Shown here piece after piece: positions 48,563 to 55,926 of a DNA stretch of 64,000 nt (positions are counted from its first letter, which is position 1; every line of letters begins with the position of its first letter). This DNA comes from Candidatus Latescibacterota bacterium (lineage in GTDB: Bacteria > Latescibacterota > UBA2968 > GCA-2709665), in NCBI GenBank assembly GCA_965248435.1, contig OZ252100.1, positions 1,472,001 through 1,536,000 on the forward strand, read 5' to 3'. The translations under genes were made by a program, and so were the position numbers. A model generated the notes under the pieces. That model was not told where the DNA came from and did no database searches. It was given only the letters and a program-made list of their open reading frames with translations.

Positions 48563-49963
48563 TTACGATTCACGAATCTTTGCCGCTTTTCCCTTCTGCT
48601 TCCCTTCCTTCTGACCGTCCTGGAAGTTCATAACGATCAGCTTCTTCAGCGCGTCGATCTCCTCGTCCAGCGCGTCGATCTTTTCGTTCTGCAACAGGAC
48701 AAGATCCGCATAGATCTGCGCCCGCTCCTCCTGGCTCAAGATCGTCTGTCTGAGGTCCTCCACCCGCTTGATCAAGGCATCCGTGGATTCCACGTTGGGC
48801 AGCTTCGGCCCTCCTTTGCCCATGGTGTCGAAGCGCTGACGGAGCGCTTCATCCATTTCCGCCTGTTTGCGCTCAGCCTCCTCGATCGCGCGAAGCAGCG
48901 GTCGCTTCTCCACCGCGTACTTCAACACCGAATCAAAGCCCCCATCCGGCTTCCGGCGTCTGTAGACCGGACTCGCGAGGCGGGCCGCACGCCGCTTCCT
49001 GTAAAAAAGACCCAGCGCAACCAGAAACACCAGGGACCCGATCGCCAACGCGGGCAGCAGATAGATCGCGCCCTCCTCCAACCTGTCAGTCCACGGTCCC
49101 TCTGGGTCCCCGGCCATCTCAGGATCAACGTCCTCCCCGGTTTCCACCTCGGGCTTCAACATCGCCTCGAGATGGAACCTTGCCTCCGGCCGGGGGCGGT
49201 CTCCCTCCAAAGCTGCCTTGAAATGGTTCAGCGCCTCCTCACGTTCCCCTTTTACCCTCAGGAGTTTCGCGAGCTCGAAATGGATCGCGCCGTCGTTCGG
49301 ATGGACCTTTAGCGCCTCCCGAAATGCATCGATAGCCTGATCCTGGTGTCCTTCAGTCACGTGATCGAGGCCCAACTGATAGTGATCTACCACCGGCGGC
49401 GGCTCCGGCTCAGGGGACCGGGGCGCTGCTTCTTCCGGGGGGGGTGACTCTGCGGAGGGGTCCACCGGCCGCCTCACGACCATGTCCTGGCGAACCCACC
49501 CCCGCAGGCTCCCGTCGGGCAGCGTGGCCAGGAACCAATCACCCCGAGCCCTCTCCAGGCGCAGCATGTCACCTTTTTTGACCCTCGCGATCACTCGTGA
49601 TGCGCTTTCGGCCGCCGGCTTCTGGCGAACTCTCGCCTGGGCGACCGTGACCTCCAGCAGGTCCCTCGCGATGCCCTCTTCCGTATACCGGCTGTGGACC
49701 CAGGCGGTTCGCCCGTCCGGCAGGATCACCTGATACCAGGCGCCCCGTTTCCCGATCCACTTCATCTGCGTCCCGCGGGGAATCCGCCCCATCAGATTCT
49801 TGAAGCTGTTGTCCCGAAGAATCTCGGGAGAGGAGCGGACATTCACGGCGGCAGTTTTCACAACCGTTACGATCTGATCTCCGTGCTTCAGCTGACCCCA
49901 GGAGGCGCTCGACAGGAAGAGCAGCGCAAAGAGCCCTGTGACAAACGAATGATGTCTTGACAT
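48563..49963 (-). CDS. Signal peptide + two SH3b domains + TPR + TM + coiled-coil tail protein
   Basis: VNVRSSP...WYQVILPDGRTAWV and ARVRQKP...WFLATLPDGSLRGWV; TPRs; TM LLPALAIGSLVFLVALGLFY then RKRR; heptad-rich C-terminus; start at MSRHH. Confidence 0.8.
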   Translation of the reverse strand: MSRHHSFVTGLFALLFLSSASWGQLKHGDQIVTVVKTAAVNVRSSPEILRDNSFKNLMGRIPRGTQMKWIGKRGAWYQVILPDGRTAWVHSRYTEEGIARDLLEVTVAQARVRQKPAAESASRVIARVKKGDMLRLERARGDWFLATLPDGSLRGWVRQDMVVRRPVDPSAESPPPEEAAPRSPEPEPPPVVDHYQLGLDHVTEGHQDQAIDAFREALKVHPNDGAIHFELAKLLRVKGEREEALNHFKAALEGDRPRPEARFHLEAMLKPEVETGEDVDPEMAGDPEGPWTDRLEEGAIYLLPALAIGSLVFLVALGLFYRKRRAARLASPVYRRRKPDGGFDSVLKYAVEKRPLLRAIEEAERKQAEMDEALRQRFDTMGKGGPKLPNVESTDALIKRVEDLRQTILSQEERAQIYADLVLLQNEKIDALDEEIDALKKLIVMNFQDGQKEGKQKGKAAKIRES

Positions 49964-49980
49964 GATTAGCCTCGGAAGAT

Positions 49981-50862
49981 TCACTCGGCCGAACTTCTGG
50001 CCGCAATCACGCATATCCAGTCCCCCTCGCGCCGCACCTCATCAACAAACAGGCCGATCTGTTCGATCGACTCTCGAAACGCTGCCTCCTCCTGGATCAG
50101 AATGCCACCCAGAATCAGCTTTCCCGTGAGCGAAGTATGGGCCTTAAGCTCGCGAAGCATCGAAACGAGTGGCTCGAACGAGATGTTCGAAACCACCAGG
50201 TCGAAGCGACCCGAAACCTCGGAAATGGAACCAAGCTTGAGGTCGATCCGGTCCGCGACCTCGTTCAGCTCAAAGTTTTCGCGCGCATTCTCTACGGCAA
50301 TGGGATCGACATCAACGGCACAGACCTTCGCGGCCCCCAGTTTGGCCGACGCGATACTCAGGATCCCCGAACCGGTTCCGACATCCAGAAGTCGATCCCC
50401 GGTTTGAATCCTCTGCTCGATGACCTGGATGACACCGCGGGTCGTCTCGTGACGGCCCGTCCCAAACGCGGCCTGGGGTTCGATCGTGATCGTAAACCCC
50501 CCATGGGGATCAGGCAAAAGATCCCACGGGGGGCAGATGGCAATCCTGGGTGTGGGAAAAATCGGTTGGAAAAAGTCGCGCCACGAGGTCGACCAGTCTT
50601 CCTGGGGAACGGCCTCCACGCGAAGATGAGCCGTCGACAGCAACCCGGGCCTGCCTGGGAGACCTTGAAGGCAACTTTTCAGTTCGCTGGCAAGTTGCAC
50701 CGGGTCGCGGTGAGGCTGGAAATAGGCAGACAGAAGGGTCCATCCGGCCGTATGCCCATCTTCCACCTGCAGCCCGGCGGTATTCAGGTCAAACAGCAGT
50801 CCGGATGCCAGGTCCGAAAGATCAGAAGGCACCTCCAGAGAAAGCTTGAACCAGGATTCCAC
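49981..50862 (-). CDS. prmA: Ribosomal protein L11 methyltransferase
   Basis: EDW...W, AFGTGRHETT, LDVGTGSGIL; downstream of dnaJ. Confidence 0.93.
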   Translation of the reverse strand: MESWFKLSLEVPSDLSDLASGLLFDLNTAGLQVEDGHTAGWTLLSAYFQPHRDPVQLASELKSCLQGLPGRPGLLSTAHLRVEAVPQEDWSTSWRDFFQPIFPTPRIAICPPWDLLPDPHGGFTITIEPQAAFGTGRHETTRGVIQVIEQRIQTGDRLLDVGTGSGILSIASAKLGAAKVCAVDVDPIAVENARENFELNEVADRIDLKLGSISEVSGRFDLVVSNISFEPLVSMLRELKAHTSLTGKLILGGILIQEEAAFRESIEQIGLFVDEVRREGDWICVIAARSSAE

Positions 50863-50941
50863 TCGGGCACCTCAAGCTGCCAGAAATGCAAGTTTTTTGA
50901 ATATAAGCCCACCTGCACGCCTTTGTCAATCCTAGGCATAC

Positions 50942-50981
50942 AAAATGGGGCAGTCCGCCTCCTCTCGGAAACGGACTGCCC
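50942..50981 (-). terminator. Terminator-like hairpin upstream of the prmA promoter
   Basis: 10-bp stem GGGCAGTCCG/CGGACTGCCC followed by CATTTTG on the minus strand. Confidence 0.55.
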
Positions 50982-51286
50982 TTGGCCGGCATCCCTGCTT
51001 ATGTACTCCACGTCCTGTGTGGTAACCGGTGATAAACGGGCCCCCTTCAGAGATCCCAATGGATCACCGAATACTAATAAGTTTATCGTCATAAAACATA
51101 TAACCATTAAGGCTTTTTTCATACTATTTTAGCCCAGAACAGCCGAGAAAAAGGCCAGCCGCAATGCCTGCAGCTGGCTGGTTACAGTCCCGCCATTCTG
51201 AAACTCTAAAGGTGGAGTATCGGAAAATCTTGCCCTTTCCATTACTTCGCTAATCGATTTGCGCTACTTCACCCGTTCAACCCCCG

Positions 51287-51371
51287 ATTCTGGAGCGTTG
51301 CAGTACTGGAGTGCTGGAGTATTGAAAAACCAGAATTCCAGCCCCGTTCCCCAATACTCCATTACTCCATC
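51287..51371 (+). repeat. Octamer-periodic hairpin element copy 4
   Basis: Head ATTCTGGAGCGTTGCAGTACTGGAG (2 mismatches); inverted arm ccaatactccattactccat. Confidence 0.85.
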
Positions 51372-51401
51372 CGCCCATCGTTCGCATTTCTATTGCTCAT
51401 C

Positions 51402-52565
51402 CTACCCACCTCCAAAAGCCTCCTTCATCCGCTCGAAGAAACGCTTTCCAACACTGGGGGGCTGAATGTTCTCCATTTCGGCCAACTCCTTGAACAGGTC
51501 CTCTTCGTGCTTGTTCAGCTTCTTGGGCGTCCAGACCACGGTCCGCACGATCTGATCCCCGGTCCGATATCCGTTCAGCTCGGGGATACCCTTGCCCCTC
51601 AACCGAAAGAGCTGTCCGGACTGAGTGCCGGAGGGAATCTTCATCTGCACTTTACCCGTGAGTGTCATCACCTCTACCTCGTGCCCCAGTGCGGCCTGGC
51701 TAAAGCTGATCGGCAGGTCCAGCAGGATATCGATCCCGTTCCGCTCGAAAAACTCGTGTTCCTCCTCCTCGATGTAGACCAGTGTGTCGCCCTCGGGCCC
51801 ACCCCGCGGCCCTACGTTTCCCTGACCGCGCAGGTTGATATAATTTCCCTCGGAAACGCCCGCAGGAATCTTCACCGTGATGGTGGAGGTCTTCTTTTCC
51901 CGGCCGTCTCCCCTGCAGGAAGGGCACGGATTCTTGATGATCGTACCTTCCCCCCGGCACTGAGGACAGATCGCCACATTCACAAACTGGCCGAACAGGG
52001 AGCGGCTGGCTTGACGCACCTGACCCACCCCACCGCAGGTATCGCAAGTTGCAGGTTCGGACCCCGAGTTTGCCCCCGATCCACTGCAGGTATCGCACTT
52101 CTCGAGACGGGACAGTTTGATCTTCTTTTCTGTATCTCTCGCTACTTCCTCCAGCTTGAGCTTCAATGCGAGTTTGAGATCTTCCCCCGACTGAGGGCCC
52201 CGGCGGCCACCCCCTCGGCGTCCGAAGATATCGCCGAAAATCCCGCCACCGAAAATATCGTCCAGGTTCGAAAACACGTCCTGAAAATCGCCGGCGTGCG
52301 TAAAGTCGGACCACTGGAACCCACCCGTTCGGAAAGGTCCTCCTAACCCCTGGTGACCGTATCGGTCGTAGATGTTGCGTTTTTCGGGTTCACTCAGAAC
52401 CTCGTATGCCTCCGCTGTTTCCTTGAACTTCTCCACCGCTTCATCATTTCCGGGGTTCCGATCTGGATGATACTTGAGGGCCTGCTTACGATAAGCCTTC
52501 TTGATTTCATTCTCAGAGGCGTCCCGATTCACACCCAGTACTTCGTAATAGTCGCGCCTGCTCAT
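51402..52565 (-). CDS. dnaJ: Chaperone DnaJ
   Basis: J domain with HPD, G/F region, four CxxCxGxG repeats. Confidence 0.98.
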   Translation of the reverse strand: MSRRDYYEVLGVNRDASENEIKKAYRKQALKYHPDRNPGNDEAVEKFKETAEAYEVLSEPEKRNIYDRYGHQGLGGPFRTGGFQWSDFTHAGDFQDVFSNLDDIFGGGIFGDIFGRRGGGRRGPQSGEDLKLALKLKLEEVARDTEKKIKLSRLEKCDTCSGSGANSGSEPATCDTCGGVGQVRQASRSLFGQFVNVAICPQCRGEGTIIKNPCPSCRGDGREKKTSTITVKIPAGVSEGNYINLRGQGNVGPRGGPEGDTLVYIEEEEHEFFERNGIDILLDLPISFSQAALGHEVEVMTLTGKVQMKIPSGTQSGQLFRLRGKGIPELNGYRTGDQIVRTVVWTPKKLNKHEEDLFKELAEMENIQPPSVGKRFFERMKEAFGGG

Positions 52566-53191
52566 TCATCCTTCCCGGATTCAGTTTCCTGTTGTGCTTC
52601 AGCTTTTCCTCGGCTCACAACCACCTTGGTCGCCCGAAGGACCCTTTTCCCGAGACAGTAGCCCTTTTGGGCCACTTCGGCGACCGTCCCGGAATCGTAC
52701 TCATCCGAATCGACCTGCATCAGGGCTTCGTGGTAGTGGGGGTCAAACGGCTTGCCGAGCGCATCGATCTCGGAAAGCCCTCGGTTCTGAAGTATCTTGG
52801 GCAGCTGCTGCATGATCATCTTGACCCCTTCCCGAAACTCTTCTCCCTCGTCTTGTTCTTCACCACCATGAGCGAGCGCCCTGTCCACCGAATCCAGCAC
52901 AGGTAAGAGATCGCGGAGAACGTCTTCGTTGGCCGTCCCGACGAGAGTTTCAAATTCACGGGCGATTCGTTTCTTGTAATTTTCAAACTCGGCGGCCAGC
53001 CTCATCCACCGGTCTTTGTAGGCCTCAGCCTCCTTTTTTGCCTCCTCTAAAGGATCACTTTCCGGAACGGCCTCCTCGGACTGATCTTCAGCCCCATCCG
53101 TTTCTGGCGATGGCGACCCTTCAGTCTCCTCCCTGTTCTCGAGAACCACGTCCTCGTTGCTTGGGTCTTCCTGAACGTCACGGCCTTCCAT
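52562..53191 (-). CDS. grpE: Nucleotide exchange factor GrpE
   Basis: [30 protein letters not shown]...LRATKVVV. Confidence 0.97.
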   Translation of the reverse strand: MEGRDVQEDPSNEDVVLENREETEGSPSPETDGAEDQSEEAVPESDPLEEAKKEAEAYKDRWMRLAAEFENYKKRIAREFETLVGTANEDVLRDLLPVLDSVDRALAHGGEEQDEGEEFREGVKMIMQQLPKILQNRGLSEIDALGKPFDPHYHEALMQVDSDEYDSGTVAEVAQKGYCLGKRVLRATKVVVSRGKAEAQQETESGKDE

Positions 53192-53306
53192 AAAAGGTTG
53201 AGACCTCCCTACGCGTCAAAATTGAAAATTCGCCCCCTGGATGGAGAGCGATTCTGTCGTGAACATCCCGAATTTAAGCTTCGCGGAAAGTTACTGCGGG
53301 AAGGAT

Positions 53307-54338
53307 TCAGTTCGCGAGCATTTCCTCTGTGATTCCAGCGACGTATTCAACCAAAGGAACCAGGTTGGCATACTGAATTCGTGTGGGCCCGATCACGCCG
53401 ATAAGACCGGAAACGTTACCAACGCGATAGCGGGAGGTCAGGAGGCTGCAGCCTCGGAGTTCAGGAGAGGTATGTTCGTTTCCAATCGTGATCGTGATCC
53501 CTTCAGAATTCATGCGTTCATCCAGGATCGTTACGATGGGCTCACGTTTCTCGAGGAACTCGAACAGCGCAGCAAGACCCTCCTGGTCTTCGCTGAACTC
53601 GCGCTGCAGGAAGAAATTCCCGGTTCCCCCAAGATGCAGGTCTTCCCCACCCCTGAAGTTGAACAGGGTCTCCGCCCGTTCCCAGATCAGACGCAGCAGT
53701 CTCGGCGACCCGCGTGAAATTTCGCGTAATCGCTCCTGCACGGACCTTCGAATCTCGCCAATCGATAAGCCCGAAAGCCTTTCGTTTATGGCACGATTTG
53801 TCTCGTCCAGCTCTGAAGCTTGAATGGCCGAATCCACTTCGATAACCATCGTCTTCACGAGCCCGGACTCGATCGCCAGCACGATCAGCATCTTCGATTC
53901 AGACAGGCGAAGCATCTCGATACGCTGAAAGACCCCACCTTCGAACCCGGGTGCGAGCGCCACGCCCAGATTATGTGTCACGTCGGCGATCACCCTCGAT
54001 ACCTGCTCCAGCAGGCTTTCGATGTTCCCGTCGCGCTGGCGCATCTCAACGCTCTTTCGGATCAGCTGCCGCACCTCTTTCGTCAGCTCCTGCTGCGCCA
54101 TCAATTCATCTACGTAATGTCTGTAACCCTTGTCGGTGGGGATGCGCCCGGCTGAGGTATGCGGATGAGACAGGTAACCTTTATCTTCCAGGTCCGACAT
54201 GGAGTTTCGCACCGTGGCGGCACTCAGATCCAGTCCGGACTTGGCGACGGTCCTTGAGCCGACCGGTTCACCTGTCGAAACGTAGGTCTTGACGAGGATA
54301 TCCAGGATGTGCTTTTCACGCTCAGAAAGACTCGGCAT
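53307..54338 (-). CDS. hrcA: Heat-inducible transcription repressor HrcA
   Basis: EPVGSR, SAATVRNSMSDLE, PHTSAGRIPTDKGYR, GVIGPTR. Confidence 0.97.
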   Translation of the reverse strand: MPSLSEREKHILDILVKTYVSTGEPVGSRTVAKSGLDLSAATVRNSMSDLEDKGYLSHPHTSAGRIPTDKGYRHYVDELMAQQELTKEVRQLIRKSVEMRQRDGNIESLLEQVSRVIADVTHNLGVALAPGFEGGVFQRIEMLRLSESKMLIVLAIESGLVKTMVIEVDSAIQASELDETNRAINERLSGLSIGEIRRSVQERLREISRGSPRLLRLIWERAETLFNFRGGEDLHLGGTGNFFLQREFSEDQEGLAALFEFLEKREPIVTILDERMNSEGITITIGNEHTSPELRGCSLLTSRYRVGNVSGLIGVIGPTRIQYANLVPLVEYVAGITEEMLAN

Positions 54339-54401
54339 TGCCGCTCCTTACCAGTGCGATTCTTGGAGTTTGGAATGCGTGGCGGTAAGCGCTAAATCTT
54401 T

Positions 54402-54428
54402 GCGGCACAATAAACTGTGTTGTGCCTT
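54402..54428. promoter_or_regulatory. Divergent CIRCE-like operator
   Basis: GGCACAA-N9-TTGTGCC keeps the GCAC-N13-GTGC geometry of CIRCE; lies between the promoter and the hrcA start. Confidence 0.55.
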
Positions 54429-54448
54429 CCGCATCTGCGATCAAATAA

Positions 54449-54477
54449 ATGATAAGAGAAAGCCCCAGAGTTGTCAA
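54449..54477 (-). promoter_or_regulatory. Sigma-70 promoter of hrcA-grpE-dnaJ
   Basis: Minus strand TTGACA-N17-TATCAT. Confidence 0.8.
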
Positions 54478-54650
54478 GCGAATTAAACCCCTTCAGAAGC
54501 ACCCGATGGTGACGGCCATTCCCGATAAAGACCTTACTTCCCTGTGACTTGATTGCCCTTCCGGGGCATTCCCAGTGCAGGAAACGAGGCCAGAGTATGG
54601 CAGATATCAGCCACCCGAGACGAGACATTCTTTCCTGTCCTCGTTGAGAT

Positions 54651-54664
54651 TGATAACGTTATCA
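54651..54664. promoter_or_regulatory. Perfect 14-bp palindrome, LacI-type operator-like
   Basis: TGATAACGTTATCA in an AT-rich stretch upstream of the response regulator. Confidence 0.45.
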
Positions 54665-54779
54665 GCATAATAACAATATGTTATACATCTTGCTGTCTCG
54701 AGCTGTCCGGTGGCACAATACCTGCTTTTTAGCGACCTTGAAGGATCGAAGTCCAGCTTTCGGAAAACCCTTTGACCGA

Positions 54780-55685
54780 ATGGCCAAGACCATGACCAGG
54801 GATGAAGCCACAAAACCCAAAAAAGTCCTCGTGATCGACGATGACGCCGACATCCTTCGGCTCATGGACCACGTCCTCACTCAGGGGTACTACCTGCCCA
54901 TCACGGCTAGTTGCTGGACCGAGGCGCTGGACGCGGTCGAGGACCAGGGTCCCGACCTGTTGATCCTGGATCTCGTCATGCCTCAACTCGACGGTGTGGC
55001 CCTCCTCCACTACCTTAGAGAAAACGGCTCTCCGCTGCCCGTCATTGTCGTCTCTGGCCACTTGAACGCGAAGGTCGCCGAGGATCTGGCCCGTGCTGGA
55101 GTTGACGCATTCATCTCCAAACCCTTTCAGGTCAGAGACCTCGTGAAAGAGATAGAGCGTGTGATCGGCCCGGGGTCACCGGAATGGGTCGAAGGGCCCG
55201 ACGCGGCTATGCTGCAGGAGACCCCAGAACCCCCCATCGCTCCTGGCAATGACGTCCCTCCATTCGAAACGAAGGGCTTGTCTGAGCATCAGACGGTTCT
55301 GCCGCCAGGAAACGGGCCAAACGGAAATTCGGGACCGGCCCTTGTCGATATCGATACGGACTTCGACCCGCCACTACCACCTGAAACGAGCCAGGGTGAA
55401 GAGGACACCGAGCAAAAACCTACTAGGATGCGTCGCCGTCGACGTCGTCGCAAATACCGGCGGAGAAAGCTTGCTTATCTCGGTGCGGTCACGCTCGTAT
55501 GCCTTTTGATTGCCGGGATGATATTTTTGGCCCGGAAGTACGCCCCCCGAATGGATACGGAACAGATCAAACAGAACGTGCAAAAATCCGTCTACGATCA
55601 GCTCCTTCAGGAGCTCAAGAGGGATCAACTTCTGGACGAACTCAGGACGCAGGGCAAGAAAGAAAGCGCAAAACGGCAGAAATAG
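54780..55685 (+). CDS. Response regulator receiver domain + Pro-rich linker + TM segment
   Basis: VLVIDDD, LILDLVMP, VSG, SKPF; poly-Arg followed by LAYLGAVTLVCLLIAGMIFLA. Confidence 0.85.
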   Translation: MAKTMTRDEATKPKKVLVIDDDADILRLMDHVLTQGYYLPITASCWTEALDAVEDQGPDLLILDLVMPQLDGVALLHYLRENGSPLPVIVVSGHLNAKVAEDLARAGVDAFISKPFQVRDLVKEIERVIGPGSPEWVEGPDAAMLQETPEPPIAPGNDVPPFETKGLSEHQTVLPPGNGPNGNSGPALVDIDTDFDPPLPPETSQGEEDTEQKPTRMRRRRRRRKYRRRKLAYLGAVTLVCLLIAGMIFLARKYAPRMDTEQIKQNVQKSVYDQLLQELKRDQLLDELRTQGKKESAKRQK

Positions 55686-55710
55686 GGTTCCCCGAGGACC
55701 CACAACCCAA

Positions 55711-55746
55711 ACAGAAGGCCTCTGCAAACTTGCAGAGGCCTTCTGT
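55711..55746. terminator. Hairpin terminator between convergent genes
   Basis: ACAGAAGGCCTCTGCAA-AC-TTGCAGAGGCCTTCTGT. Confidence 0.75.
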
Positions 55747-55775
55747 CTTAAGGGCTAAGCGAACGACGGATCTTG

Positions 55776-55916
55776 CGGTACCCGTGTTTTGTCTTCCCGG
55801 TACCCGTGCTTTGCTTTCCCGGTACCCGTGCTTTGCTTTCCCGGTACCCGTGCCCTGCTTTCCCGGTACCCGTGCCCTGCTTTCCCGGTACCCGTGTTTT
55901 GTCTTCCCGGTACCCG
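55776..55916. repeat. 22-bp tandem repeat, six full units plus a partial
   Basis: Unit CGGTACCCGTGyyyTGyyTTCC at 55776, 55798, 55820, 55842, 55864, 55886 and partial at 55908. Confidence 0.92.
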
Positions 55917-55926
55917 GTCTTATGTC

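Noticed and set aside
51027-51090. Superficial fluoride-riboswitch resemblance on the plus strand (GGTGAT...TCACC...CTAATAA)
   Set aside because: P1 loop far too long, key consensus bases missing, and no plus-strand gene downstream
50784-51122. 112-aa ORF starting MKKALMVICF... with a signal-peptide-like start
   Set aside because: It runs through a terminator-like hairpin and the prmA promoter, overlaps prmA out of frame and has no clear RBS; not called, though not fully excluded
51393-52346. 317-aa plus-strand ORF, and similar long antisense ORFs at 50137-51132, 57151-58230 and 58675-59793
   Set aside because: They overlap well-supported minus-strand genes and carry no recognisable motifs
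54370-54395. AAGCGCTAA as the right half of a canonical CIRCE
   Set aside because: No matching left half at 9-bp spacing; the inverted repeat at 54402-54428 fits better
55776-55916. 22-bp repeats as a CRISPR or TIGR-type array
   Set aside because: Units are contiguous with only a few variable bases and no unique spacers; no associated effector gene
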